A stretch of 47,227 nucleotides of DNA, from the NCBI GenBank assembly GCA_035708265.1, contig DASSSV010000461.1, positions 1 through 47,227 on the forward strand. The letters are read 5' to 3'. The notes under the pieces are model-generated. The model searched no databases. It saw only the letters and a program-made list of their open reading frames with translations, and was not told the DNA's origin. This stretch comes from Thermomicrobiales bacterium. Its GTDB lineage: Bacteria; Chloroflexota; Chloroflexia; Thermomicrobiales; CADCWN01. The position numbers and the translations under genes are program-made. Numbering within the stretch: position 1 is the stretch's first letter; each line of letters begins with the position of its first letter. Below, one piece after another: positions 14,255 to 23,989 of the stretch.

Positions 14255-16876
14255 CTACTCCGGTTCCCGATAGAGCTCGAGGTCGGCGAAGCGGGTGGTC
14301 TTCTCGAAGAAGCGCAGGTTGACCACGCCGAGCGGGCCGTTGCGGTGCTTGGCGATGTGCAACTCCGCGATGCCCTTCTTCTCCGTCTCCGGGTCGTACA
14401 TCTCCTCGCGGTAGATGAACATCACCATGTCGGCGTCCTGCTCTATCGAGTTATGAACTACGATGTCACCGGAAATGAAATTCGACAACCCTTCGATGGT
14501 CAGATCGTAGACGTCCTCCTCGCCGTCGGGTTCGATCGCGACGATGGTGTCCCAGTAGACGTCGCTCTCGGCCAAGAGCGCGAGTTCCGGCGAGGCGACG
14601 ACCGCGGCGACCCGGGCTGCGCGGTCGCGGCTGAGGTTTGCCTTGTAGAGCGTGCTACCGCAGTAACTACCGCCTAGCGCGGTCTGCATCTGCCGCGTCG
14701 TCAGCCCGGTGGTCTGCATCGCCGGCACGACCAGCGTACGCCAGAGTTCGCGCGGCAGGACGTCGCGATTCGTATTCGCCGCTCGGCCATCCAGGTGCGC
14801 GACGATCGCCTCTTGGTGGCGCTCCCGCTGCTCGCCCAGGCCACCGATCTGCGCGAAGAATCGGTCAACATCGGCGCGGCCGCTCACCGTCACATGGTGC
14901 TGGTCTCGCCCCTTGCCCGTCTGCGCGTACCGCGTCCGCGTCGCGTTGATGCCGAGCCGCAAGAGGAGCGATTGCACGTCACGGGCGAGGGGCCCGCTGC
15001 TCGAAGCGAAGTAGATGCCCGCATAGTGCTTCGCGCCCGCACTGAGATGCACGCAGCCGTCGGTCGCCCACAGGTGGCGCAGGAAGCGGGCGATACCCGG
15101 CGCGGGCTGGGCGAAGACGCCCTCGGGCACGAACTTCTCGTGCGAGCGCAGGCCGAAGACGCCGAGCTCGTCGAGCCAGGCGGCGACCGGGTTGCGGCGG
15201 CCGTGCGTGAGGCGATAGGCCGCCGGCAGGTAGACCTGGTACCAGCCCCGCTCGCGCGCGACGCGCGGCGCGACCGTGTCGCCGAAGACCTGCCGCGCCA
15301 GGTCGGCGACGGTTTCGGCCAGCGCCGGATCGACGGTCGTGTACTGGATGGCGTGGCGGGGCAGGGTGCAGCCGTCGCCGATCAGGTGGCCCAGGAGCGC
15401 CAGTTCCTCGTCGCGCATCGTCGCGGCGGCCGGGCCGGGCAGTGCGCGCGGCAGCGCGATCCGCGCGCCGACGGCCAACTCGTCCAGACGCCGCCAGCCG
15501 CCGACCGTGAGGAACTTGTGGTTGGCGGTCGCCCGGATGCTCCGCCCGAGCCGCGTCGTCAGGCGGTAGACCGGCTTGCGCCCGGTCGCGAAGGCGTTGA
15601 GCACCGGCCGGGGTTCGAGCCGCCACGTCTCCGTGTTGAGCGCGAGCACGTTGAAGCCGCGCCGCCCGACCAGCTCCGCGATCGGCCGGTAGACGCCCTC
15701 GTCCGGCAAGTAGACCGGCGTCTCGCCGGCCAGGCAGCCGCTCTCGCGCAGGTCCGAGAGCATCGGGACGTGGTTGGTGCGGCTCTCGACGCTGCGGGAG
15801 AGTTGGGCCATCGCCAGGACCGGCACGTTCAGCTCGCGCGCCAGCCCCTTCAGTCCGCGCGAGATCTCGGAGACCTCCTGCACGCGGTTGTCGTTGCGGC
15901 GCGAGCCCTGCATCAGTTGCAGGTAGTCGACCTGCACGAAGTCCAGCCCGCGCTCGGCCTGCAGGCGCCGCGCCTTCGCGCGCAGCTCCATGATGCCGAT
16001 ACCGGGCGTGTCGTCGATGTAGATCTGCGCCTCGGAGAGTTTGCCGAAGGCGTGGGAGATGCGCTCCCACTCGTCGTCGTTGATGTGGCCGAGGCGCAGG
16101 CGGTGAGAATCGATACCGGTCTCCATCGCCAGCAGGCGCTGGACGAGCTGCTCGGCCGGCATCTCCAGGTTGAAGATGGCGATTGTCTTGCCGTGTAGTG
16201 CGGCGTTGTGGGCCAGGCCCAGGCCCATCGACGTTTTACCGACGCCGGGTCTCGCGGCCATGATGATGAGGTCGGACTTCTGGAAGCCGCCGGTAAGCTG
16301 GTCGAGATCCTGGAAGCCGGTCGGGACGCCGAGGACCTCGCCGCGGTGCTGCTGGATGTAGTCGAGCTTGTCGAAGTACTCCTCGAGCACCTGGGCGAGC
16401 GAGACGAAGTCGCGCGCGCCGCGCTGCTGGGTGACCTCGTAGATCGCGCGCTGGGCCTCGTCGAGCGCCTCGTCGATCTCCAGCCGCTCGTTGTAGCCGA
16501 TGTTCACGATCCGCGTGCCGGCGGCGATGATCCGCCGCAACAGCGCGGTCCGCTCGACGATCTGGCCGTAGTACTCGACGTGGACGGCGGTGGGGACGGC
16601 GCTGAAGAGGTTCGAGAGCGCTGGGACGCCGCCGACCTCGTCCAGCTCGCCGCGCCGCTCCAGCTCGGCGGCGACGGTCAGCAGGTCGGCCGGCTCGCGG
16701 CGGTTGTACAGGTCGAGGACGACCCGGTAGACCGCCGCGTGGGCCGGCCGGTAGAAGTCGTCGGGCTTGAGCGTGGCGGCGACGCGGATGATCGCGTCGC
16801 GGTCCAGCAGGAGCGACCCCAGGACCGATTCCTCGGCCTCGAGGTTGTGCGGTGGCAGTTTCTCAAGCGTCTGCAC
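14255..16876 (-). CDS. dnaB: replicative DNA helicase DnaB, interrupted by an intein
   Basis: Track ORF (873 aa). N-terminal domain PHNLEAEESVLGSLLLD; Walker A ARPGVGKTS; QVDYLQLM; ...PMLSDLRESG | intein | SIEQDADMVMFIYREEMY...HIAKHRNGP. The exteins together (444 aa) make a normal-length DnaB. Confidence 0.95.
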   Translation of the reverse strand: MQTLEKLPPHNLEAEESVLGSLLLDRDAIIRVAATLKPDDFYRPAHAAVYRVVLDLYNRREPADLLTVAAELERRGELDEVGGVPALSNLFSAVPTAVHVEYYGQIVERTALLRRIIAAGTRIVNIGYNERLEIDEALDEAQRAIYEVTQQRGARDFVSLAQVLEEYFDKLDYIQQHRGEVLGVPTGFQDLDQLTGGFQKSDLIIMAARPGVGKTSMGLGLAHNAALHGKTIAIFNLEMPAEQLVQRLLAMETGIDSHRLRLGHINDDEWERISHAFGKLSEAQIYIDDTPGIGIMELRAKARRLQAERGLDFVQVDYLQLMQGSRRNDNRVQEVSEISRGLKGLARELNVPVLAMAQLSRSVESRTNHVPMLSDLRESGCLAGETPVYLPDEGVYRPIAELVGRRGFNVLALNTETWRLEPRPVLNAFATGRKPVYRLTTRLGRSIRATANHKFLTVGGWRRLDELAVGARIALPRALPGPAAATMRDEELALLGHLIGDGCTLPRHAIQYTTVDPALAETVADLARQVFGDTVAPRVARERGWYQVYLPAAYRLTHGRRNPVAAWLDELGVFGLRSHEKFVPEGVFAQPAPGIARFLRHLWATDGCVHLSAGAKHYAGIYFASSSGPLARDVQSLLLRLGINATRTRYAQTGKGRDQHHVTVSGRADVDRFFAQIGGLGEQRERHQEAIVAHLDGRAANTNRDVLPRELWRTLVVPAMQTTGLTTRQMQTALGGSYCGSTLYKANLSRDRAARVAAVVASPELALLAESDVYWDTIVAIEPDGEEDVYDLTIEGLSNFISGDIVVHNSIEQDADMVMFIYREEMYDPETEKKGIAELHIAKHRNGPLGVVNLRFFEKTTRFADLELYREPE
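14450..15736 (-). mobile_element. DnaB intein (429 aa) with LAGLIDADG homing-endonuclease domain
   Basis: Begins with Cys (codon at 15736..15734) after RESG: CLAGETPVYLPDEG... Ends with VVHN (Asn codon 14452..14450), followed by Ser +1. Two LAGLIDADG-type motifs: LLGHLIGDGC and FLRHLWATDGCV. Confidence 0.9.
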
Positions 16877-16969
16877 GTCTCGCGTTCAGCCCCCACCCGG
16901 CCGCCGGCCGGGCCCTAGCCCCAGCTGCCCGCACGAACCCCGCGTCGCCGCCCCCACGGCGGCGCGGGC

Positions 16970-17536
16970 TCAGCCGAGGCCGGGGACGATCGGCTCCTCG
17001 GCCGCCATCCCGTGCTCCTCCTCCTCGATCTCGGCGCCCGGCGCTTCCTCGTTGGCCTCGGTGGCGGCCGGCTCGGTCACATCGCCCCCGCCCTCGGCGC
17101 GCACCAGCACGGTGACGACCGGGGCGAGACGGCCGACCAGGCGGACCGGCACCGCGAACTCGCCGGTCTCGTGGATGCCGTGCGGCAGGTCCACCTTGCG
17201 GCGGTCGATCTCTTGCCCGACCTCCTGGGTCAGCCGCTCGGCGATGTCGGCGCCGGTGACCGAGCCGAAGAGGCGGCCCTGCGCGCCGGCGCGGGCGACG
17301 AACTCCAGCCGCATCCCGTCGAGGCGGTCGGCCAGCGACTGCTGCTCGGCCTCCAGCTTGGCGATGCGGCGCTGCTCGGCCGCCTGGCGGATCTCGACCT
17401 GCTTGATCGCGCCGGGCGTGGCGGCCTGGGCCAGCCCCTTCGGAATCAGGTAGTTGCGCGCATAACCCGGCTTGACCTCGTGCAGGGTGCCGGCGGTGCC
17501 GAGCTGCTCGACATCCTGCGTCAGGATCACCTTCAC
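16970..17536 (-). CDS. rplI: 50S ribosomal protein L9 with an acidic C-terminal extension
   Basis: Track ORF. MKVILTQDVEQLGTAGTLHEVKPGYARNYLIPKGLAQAATP... is the canonical L9 N-terminus. The C-terminal roughly 40 aa are Glu/Ala-rich (TEANEEAPGAEIEEEEHGMAAEE). Confidence 0.95.
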   Translation of the reverse strand: MKVILTQDVEQLGTAGTLHEVKPGYARNYLIPKGLAQAATPGAIKQVEIRQAAEQRRIAKLEAEQQSLADRLDGMRLEFVARAGAQGRLFGSVTGADIAERLTQEVGQEIDRRKVDLPHGIHETGEFAVPVRLVGRLAPVVTVLVRAEGGGDVTEPAATEANEEAPGAEIEEEEHGMAAEEPIVPGLG

Positions 17537-17641
17537 GGGAAACCCCTCTCCTGTCTCGTCGCTGTCGTGGCGCGACGCCCCGTCGCGCCGGTGTCGCGGG
17601 GTCCGCCGTGGCGGTGTACGGACACCCGTTGGCGTTCCCTA

Positions 17642-17670
17642 ACTATAGCGGCCGCTGGGCGTTTTGGCAA
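17642..17670 (-). promoter_or_regulatory. near-consensus sigma70 promoter for rplI-dnaB
   Basis: Minus strand: TTGCCA (17670..17665), 17-nt spacer, TATAGT (17647..17642). The leader is about 100 nt before the GTG start at 17536. Confidence 0.65.
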
Positions 17671-17809
17671 GGTGGCGCGGGCGGATGACGGCCGGATCGC
17701 GCGCGTGGTGGGGGCGACGGGCCGCCGCCTGCCGGCCGGAACCGTGCTACCATGGGCGCCGCCGGCGCGGCCGGCGCGCGGGCGGGGGCTTTGGAGCGGG
17801 AGGGCGGCG

Positions 17810-19756
17810 GTGGCGGCGGTATTCGAGCGGGGCGCGGGGCCGGTGGACGCCGCGCGGAGTCCGCACGCCCACTGGCGCCCGCTGCCGGCCGGCGCGGTGT
17901 CGCTGACCGGCGGGCTGTGGTGCGACCGGCAGGCGGTCAGCGGCGGGGCGAGCCTGGCGCACGGCTATCGCCAACTGGAGGAGGCCGGGAACTTCCACGA
18001 CTTCCGGCTGGCGGCGGGGCAGGCGAGCGGCGAGTACCGCGGGCCGCGCTACATGGACTCGGACGTCTACAAGTGGCTCGAAGCGGCCGGCTGGGAGCTC
18101 GGCCGCCGGCCCGACGCCGACCTCCAGCGCATGGTGGACGGCGCGATCGCGACGGTCGCCGCCGCGCAGACGCCCGAGGGCTACCTGCACACCTACACCC
18201 AGGTCGTCGCGCCCGACCGGCGCTGGGCCGACCTCGCGCACGCGCACGAACTCTACTGCGCCGGCCACCTGATCCAGGCGGCGGTCGCGCACCGCCGCGC
18301 GACCGGCGACGACCGCCTGCTGGAGATCGCGCGCCGCTGCGCCGACGACATCGCGACGGTCTTCGGGCCGGGCATCCGGCAGCGGCTCGGCACGCCGGGC
18401 CACCCCGAGATCGAGATGGCGCTGGTCGAGCTCTACCGCGAGACGCGCGAGCGGCGCTATCTCGACCTGGTGGCCTTCTTCCTCGACCAACACGGCCGCG
18501 GCCTCCTGCGCGATCAGCCGGCCGAGGCGGCCTACTTCGCCGACCGCCAGCCGGTGCGCGAGGCGGCAACCATCGAGGGCCACGCCGTCCGCGCGCTCTA
18601 CCTCGTCGCCGGCGTGACCGACCTCTACCTGGAGACCGGCGAGCGCGCGCTGCTCGACGCGACGCTGCGCCAGTGGGCCGACCTCGTCGCCCACAAACTC
18701 TACGTCACCGGCGGGGTCGGCGCGCGGCACGAGGGCGAGGCGTTCGGCGCGGACTACGAGCTGCCGCACGAGAGCGCTTACTGCGAGACCTGCGCGGCGA
18801 TCGCCAGCATCTTCTGGAACTGGCGCCTGCTGCTGGCGACCGGCGAGGGCCGCTTCGCCGACCTGATCGAGCGGACGCTCTACAACGGCTTCCTCGGCGG
18901 CGTGGCGCTCGACGGCTGCCGCTTCGCCTACGTCAACCCGCTGGCGAGCGACGGGCCGGATTGGCGCGCGCCCTGGTTCACGACCGCCTGCTGCCCGCCG
19001 AACGTGATGCGCCTGCTCGCCTCGCTCGGCCATTATCTGGCGACGACCAGCGCCGGCGGCGTGCAACTGCACCAGTACGCGCCGTCGCGCCTGGAGGCCG
19101 CCCCGGCGCCCGACCGGCCGGTCCACCTCTGGGTCGAGACCGCGTACCCCTGGCGCGGCCTCGTGCGCGTCACCGTCGCGGAGTCGCACCGACGGCCCTG
19201 GCAACTCGCGCTGCGCGTCCCCGGCTGGTGCGCGGGCGACCCCGGCGTGGCGCTGCGGCTCAACGGCCGGCCGGCGACGCTCTGGACGCGCGACGGCTAC
19301 GCGCTGATCGACAAGGTCTGGCAGCGCGGCGACGTGGTCGAACTGGAGTTGCCGCTGACGCCCCGCGCGGTCGCCGCCCACCCGCTGATCGAGGCGGCGC
19401 GCGGCTGCGTCGCGCTGGAGCGCGGCCCGGTCGTCTACTGCCTGGAGCAGCACGACCAGGGGCATGACGTGGACGTGCGCATGGCGGAACTCGATACCGC
19501 CGCGCCGCTCGCCGCCGACTGGCGCGAGGACCTGCTCGGCGGCGTGACGGCACTCAGCGCCGGCGGCTACGCCACGGACCCGGCCCCCTGGCGGGACCGG
19601 CTCTACCGACCGCTCGCCGAGGCCGACGCCGCCCGCCGCCCCGCGCGCCTCACCGCGATCCCTTACTACGCGCGCGGCAACCGCGGCCCGGCCCCGATGC
19701 GCGTCTGGGCGCCGCGCGCGACGAGCGAGGAACGACGGGCGACGAGCGGCGAATGA
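17810..19756 (+). CDS. glycoside hydrolase family 127 (beta-L-arabinofuranosidase-like, DUF1680)
   Basis: In-frame GTG 17810 (GGGAGGG upstream) within track ORF 17012..19756; the N-terminal part of that ORF is antisense to rplI. Motifs: SDVYKWLEA, HELYCAGHLIQAAVAH, GHPEIEMALVELY, the Cys-rich ESAYCETCA and TTACCPPN, as I recall for the GH127 zinc/catalytic-cysteine site. Confidence 0.85.
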   Translation: MAAVFERGAGPVDAARSPHAHWRPLPAGAVSLTGGLWCDRQAVSGGASLAHGYRQLEEAGNFHDFRLAAGQASGEYRGPRYMDSDVYKWLEAAGWELGRRPDADLQRMVDGAIATVAAAQTPEGYLHTYTQVVAPDRRWADLAHAHELYCAGHLIQAAVAHRRATGDDRLLEIARRCADDIATVFGPGIRQRLGTPGHPEIEMALVELYRETRERRYLDLVAFFLDQHGRGLLRDQPAEAAYFADRQPVREAATIEGHAVRALYLVAGVTDLYLETGERALLDATLRQWADLVAHKLYVTGGVGARHEGEAFGADYELPHESAYCETCAAIASIFWNWRLLLATGEGRFADLIERTLYNGFLGGVALDGCRFAYVNPLASDGPDWRAPWFTTACCPPNVMRLLASLGHYLATTSAGGVQLHQYAPSRLEAAPAPDRPVHLWVETAYPWRGLVRVTVAESHRRPWQLALRVPGWCAGDPGVALRLNGRPATLWTRDGYALIDKVWQRGDVVELELPLTPRAVAAHPLIEAARGCVALERGPVVYCLEQHDQGHDVDVRMAELDTAAPLAADWREDLLGGVTALSAGGYATDPAPWRDRLYRPLAEADAARRPARLTAIPYYARGNRGPAPMRVWAPRATSEERRATSGE

Positions 19757-19771
19757 GCGCGGCAGAACACG

Positions 19772-19801
19772 TCTGCAATCTGTAATCTGCAATCTGTCAT
19801 C
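19772..19801. repeat. direct heptamer tract (TCTGNAA words)
   Basis: tctgcaa tctgtaa tctgcaa tctgtca tc, between the GH127 stop (19756) and the formamidase-family start (19822). No inverted partner nearby. Confidence 0.6.
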
Positions 19802-19821
19802 ACGGAGAAAGCGAGGAGCGG

Positions 19822-20739
19822 ATGGCGACGCACCACTTCCAGCCCACGCACTACCACAACGCGATCGGCGCGCACGAGCCGGTGCTGCGCATCGCGCCCG
19901 GCGACACGGTGGTCACGACGACGGTGGACGCGCGCGGCGGCGACGCCAGCGGTGCGCAGGTGGCGTCGCCGGGCAACCCGCAGACGGGGCCCTTCTACGT
20001 CGCGGGCGCCGAGCCGGGCGACACGCTGGTCCTGCATCTCGACCGGCTCGACCCGAACCGCGACACCGGCTTCACCGCGACGGTGCTGGCCACCAACGTG
20101 GTGGACCCCGAGTTCGTGCGCGAGTTGCCGGAGGGGGAGACGATGCTGTGGCGCGTCGACCGCGCGGCCGGGGTCGCCTCGCCCGCCGCGCCGGAGGCGG
20201 GGCTGGGCGGCCTCGCGCTGCCGCTGGCCCCGATGCTCGGCTGCTTCGGCGTCGCGCCGCCGCGCGGCCAGGCGATCTCGACCGCCACCTCGGCCGAGCA
20301 CGGCGGCAACATGGACTACCGCGGCTTCCGCGCCGGCGTGACGGTCTACTTCCCGGTCTTCGTGCCCGGCGCGCTCCTGCACGTCGGCGACATGCACGCG
20401 GTCCAGGGCGACGGCGAGATCGTCGGCACCGGGATCGAGATCTCCGGCGAGGTCCAGTTCACCGTGGACCTCCAGAAGGGCAAACAGATCGGCTGGCCGC
20501 GCGGCGAGGACGAGGAGTACATCTTCACCGCGGGCAACGCCCGCCCGCTCGACCAGGCGCTCCAGCACGCGACGACCGAGATGGTCCGCTGGCTCACAGC
20601 CGACTACGGCCTCGACGCGCGCGGCGCGAGCATCCTCCTCGGCCAGAGCGTCGTCTACGAGGTCGGCAACGTCTTCGACCCGGCCTACACGATGGTCTGC
20701 AAGGTGGCGAAGCGCGTGCTGCGCGGCCTGCGCGCGTAG
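19822..20739 (+). CDS. acetamidase/formamidase-family amidohydrolase
   Basis: Track ORF. NPQTGPFYVAGAEPGDTLVLHL...GGNMDYRGFRAGVTVYFPVFVPGALLHVGDMHAVQGDGEIVGTGIEISGEV is typical of the FmdA/AmdA family. Confidence 0.85.
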   Translation: MATHHFQPTHYHNAIGAHEPVLRIAPGDTVVTTTVDARGGDASGAQVASPGNPQTGPFYVAGAEPGDTLVLHLDRLDPNRDTGFTATVLATNVVDPEFVRELPEGETMLWRVDRAAGVASPAAPEAGLGGLALPLAPMLGCFGVAPPRGQAISTATSAEHGGNMDYRGFRAGVTVYFPVFVPGALLHVGDMHAVQGDGEIVGTGIEISGEVQFTVDLQKGKQIGWPRGEDEEYIFTAGNARPLDQALQHATTEMVRWLTADYGLDARGASILLGQSVVYEVGNVFDPAYTMVCKVAKRVLRGLRA

Positions 20740-20782
20740 CCCGCGCGCTCCCGCAATACGCGCGAGTCAGGAATCACCCGTC

Positions 20783-20814
20783 CGCGCCCCGGCCGCGATA
20801 TCGCGGCCGGGGCG
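20783..20814. terminator. perfect 32-nt palindrome downstream of the formamidase-family gene
   Basis: gcgccccggccgcgat|atcgcggccggggcgc (20783..20814), followed by gcctgccttt. Confidence 0.5.
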
Positions 20815-20941
20815 CGCCTGCCTTTGGGGCCGCCCTCTCCGGCATCTCTGCGAATCGGGAACCGAATCGCCCCGAGCGTTGTATAGGGGGCGGAAGGCGG
20901 GGAACCGCCCGGTCGCGCCGGATGCCGTGGGAGGTGCCGCG

Positions 20942-22398
20942 ATGATCCGCCGTCTGCCCCTCAGCCTCGTGCTGGCCCTGCTCCTCGTCGCCTGCGGCGC
21001 CGCCGCGGGCACGCCGGCCCCGACCGTGGCGCCGACGGCCACCGCGCCGCCGACTGCCGCGCCGCCGCCCGCGACGGCCGCCCCCACCGCCCCGCCCGTC
21101 GCGGCGGCGCCGGCCGCGACCGCCACCGCGACGCCGGTCGCCCGCCACGGCGCCACGCTCTGGGTCGTCGCGGGCTCCGGGCCGGCGGCGAAAGTGGTCG
21201 CGCTCGACGCCGCGACCGAGAAGGAGTTGGTCGCGGTGCCGGTCGGCGTGCCCTCCCAGGATTGGAAGGTGCTCTACGCGGCCGCCAGGGCGGGCGCGGG
21301 CACGACCGTCACGGCCTACGGCCTGGCGACCGGCCAAGCCCTCCGCTCGACCACCTTCGACGGCGACTACCGCCTGCCGGCGGCCTACCCCGGCTGGCTC
21401 GATAGCGGCCTCTCCTACGACGGCCGCACGCTCGTCCTCCAAGAGATGCCGAGCCCGGACCAGGCGCAGGCGTACAGCAACAGCGGCAAGTGGGTCAGCC
21501 GCTTCGCCGTCCTCGACACGGCACTCACCGCGCCGCCGAGGATCGTCGAGTTGCAGGGGAACTATCACTACGACACGATGGCGCCGGATGGGCGCGTGCT
21601 CTATCTGATCGAGGCGCAGTCGGCGGACAACCCGGCGCTCTACGGCGTCCGCGCCTACGACCTCGCCGCGGGCGCGCTGCGGCCCGGCTTCGTGGTCGAC
21701 AAGTCGAACGCGGACGCCATCATGGAGGGCTTCGCGCTGACGCAGGTCAGCGGGCCGGGCGGCTCCTGGGTCTTCAGCTCTATCGCAACGAGAAGACCGG
21801 GCCGTTCATCCACGCGCTCGGCGCCGCCGACGGCTTCGCCGTCTGCCTCGACCTCCCGACCGCGGGCAAGGAGAACGCGGAGGCCGCGCTCGCCTGGACG
21901 CTGGCCGCCGGGCCGCACGACACCATCCTCTACGCGGTCAACGCCGCGCTGGGGCTGGTCGCCGAGGTCGACGCGACCGGCCCGCGCATCGTCCGCACCG
22001 CCACCATCCCGGCCGCGCCCGCCTCGTCGCGCGGTGGCCCGCTCGCCCGCCTGGGCGACTGGCTGGCCCCGGCGGCGTCGGCGAAGGAAGCCCAGCCGGG
22101 CGTGGCGGCCGTCTCCCCCGACGGCCGGACGCTCTACGTGGCGCGGCCGGACGGCCTCCTGGCGATCGACACCGCCACGCTCCAGCCGCGCGGCCGGCAG
22201 GGGGGCGGCCAGGTGAGCGTCATCAGGCCCGCGACGAGCCTGCTGGCGAGCCCCGACGGCGCGCAACTCTTCGCCGTGGTCGGCGACGGCGGCGGCTACG
22301 CCCTCTATCGCCTCGACCCGGCAAGTGGCATGGTCCTGGGCGAGTTCAGCCGGGCGCTGAACGTCACCGCCGTGGTCCACGTCGCGGCGGCGCATTGA
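20942..22398 (+). pseudogene. lipoprotein with beta-propeller-like repeats, disrupted by a 1-nt frameshift (or assembly error)
   Basis: ATG 20942 (GGGAGG upstream) gives the signal/lipobox MIRRLPLSLVLALLLVACG. Protein-like text runs in the frame of track ORF 20879..22216 up to ...GPGGSWVFS (about 21778), then continues in the frame of ORF 21490..22398 as LYRNEKTGPFIHALG... Each ORF is Arg/Pro-rich junk on the other side of the junction. Confidence 0.7.
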
Positions 22399-22405
22399 GC
22401 GGGCG

Positions 22406-23728
22406 TCATGTGAGCAGCGCTGCGCCGATGCAGAGGAGCACGCACGCCGCGGCGAGGCTGCGCGGCCAGGTCGGCGTCGTGAGTCCCAACACCGTCCGTG
22501 CCCGCGGCAGCGCCGGCGCGCTCGCCCGCGCGGGCCGGGTGCCGGGCGCGGAGCGGCGGTCCCACCATGCGACCGCCGCGCGCCGCGCCGGTTGCTCGAT
22601 CACCGACCAGGACAGATATGCGGCCAGCAGGACGACCAGCCAGTAGAGCGCATACATGTCCCGAGGAGAGACGCGCGCGAAGCGCTCCGGGCGGAAGAGG
22701 ATCCCGAGCAGGATCAGAGTGTGGAGGAGGTAGATCGAGAAACTGATCTCGCCAAGGAGGACGAGCGGCGGCCAGGCCAGGACGCGAGAAGCCCACCCCC
22801 GCTCGAATGCGAGTACGCCAATCAGGACAGCGAACGGGACCGAGACGAAGCCGGTCTCCAACACCCAGAGGAAACCACCATCGCCGATGTTCCAGCGCTG
22901 TCTGATCGCCAACGTCCAGGCGAGGGACTGGTACATGGCGAGCAGGACGACGCCGATGGCCACGAGTTCGAGTAGCGTCCCGCGGAACCGGGAAAGCGAC
23001 AGCCGCGGCCGCAGGTGGCGCCACAGGCGCGCCGTGGCGATGCCAAGGGTGAACTCCCAAAGGCGCGCGAGCGGAAAGTTGTAGACCAGCCCCGTCACCG
23101 TCACGCCGGTGGGCAGGCGATGCAGCCCGTAGTTCGCGACGAGGACCGCGGTCAGCGCGAGACCGAGCGCCAGGCCGAGCTTTACGGCCCAGGTCCGCCG
23201 CCAGCGCGCGATGAGCAGGGGAAAGCAGGCGTAGAAGAAGAGCTCGACCGAGATGCTCCACGAGGGTGCGTTGAAGGAGAAGTTGTACCGGTTGGTGGGG
23301 ATCCACGCGTGGAGCAGCGCGAGGTTCAGCACGGCGATGCCCGCGGTTCTGCTCCCCGGCACGGGAGCAGCCCCGACGGGCACGGCGACGAAGAAGAGGA
23401 GGAATGCCGCGGCGTGCAGCGGCCAGATCCGTGCGACGCGGGCCACGAAGAAGCGCCGCGTCCCGGGCCCGTCGAGCGACGGATAGACATAGGCGAGGAT
23501 AAACCCGGAGAGGACGAAGAAAAATGTGACGCCCTGCCCGAGCGTGAAGGCGGAGAGCAGGGTCTCGGGCACGCCGAAGAAGCCGCGCGTGTGGAGGATC
23601 ACGATCATGGAGGCGGCGAAGAAGCGCAATGAGGTGAGCGCCCCCAGTTTCTGGGCCCGGGGCCGGGCTTCGGCGGCCGGGAGTTGGGCCCGCGTGATCG
23701 TGAGGGGATCGGCGCTCGCTCGCATCAC
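22406..23728 (-). CDS. acyltransferase family 3 (OafA/YrhL-like) integral membrane O-acyltransferase
   Basis: Track ORF. LTSLRFFAASMIVILHTRGFF...GVTFFFVLSGFILAYVY...FFVARVARIWPLH, with about ten hydrophobic segments. Confidence 0.85.
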   Translation of the reverse strand: MMRASADPLTITRAQLPAAEARPRAQKLGALTSLRFFAASMIVILHTRGFFGVPETLLSAFTLGQGVTFFFVLSGFILAYVYPSLDGPGTRRFFVARVARIWPLHAAAFLLFFVAVPVGAAPVPGSRTAGIAVLNLALLHAWIPTNRYNFSFNAPSWSISVELFFYACFPLLIARWRRTWAVKLGLALGLALTAVLVANYGLHRLPTGVTVTGLVYNFPLARLWEFTLGIATARLWRHLRPRLSLSRFRGTLLELVAIGVVLLAMYQSLAWTLAIRQRWNIGDGGFLWVLETGFVSVPFAVLIGVLAFERGWASRVLAWPPLVLLGEISFSIYLLHTLILLGILFRPERFARVSPRDMYALYWLVVLLAAYLSWSVIEQPARRAAVAWWDRRSAPGTRPARASAPALPRARTVLGLTTPTWPRSLAAACVLLCIGAALLT

Positions 23729-23989
23729 AGCGTCTCGCCTCCTGTGCTCCGCGATCCGTCTCGGCGCCGCCGGTTGTGCTGTTCACCGGCCGGTAAGGTA
23801 ACACAACGAGCCGGGGACGGCGACGAGGCGGGCCTGGTGGATCTTCCCTGTGTCACCCCTCCCGCCGAGAGCTTCGACGCCTATGGCGGCCCCCAGAGCG
23901 TCGACTTGACGGCGTGGCCGTTTGCGCTAAAATCCGATCGCGAACTGATCCGCCGGCAACGCCGGCGCAGAGCGATAGACGGAGTGCTC

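Noticed and set aside
17012-17809. N-terminal 266 aa of the 914-aa GH127 track ORF
   Set aside because: This part is antisense to rplI and to its promoter and leader, and is low-complexity. GH127-like sequence starts only after GTG 17810, which has a GGGAGGG Shine-Dalgarno.
21770-21785. Programmed ribosomal frameshift in the lipoprotein gene
   Set aside because: There is no X XXY YYZ slippery site, no upstream SD-like stimulator and no obvious downstream pseudoknot. A simple 1-nt deletion or sequencing indel is more parsimonious.
23684-23989. Upstream ATG 23684 as the start of the GT2 gene
   Set aside because: It would overlap the divergent acyltransferase start by 45 nt, and the first roughly 100 residues have no GT2 similarity. 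A GTG at 23990 just before the conserved VSVITPTFNR motif seems more likely, but the true start is unresolved (other in-frame GTGs occur near 23850).
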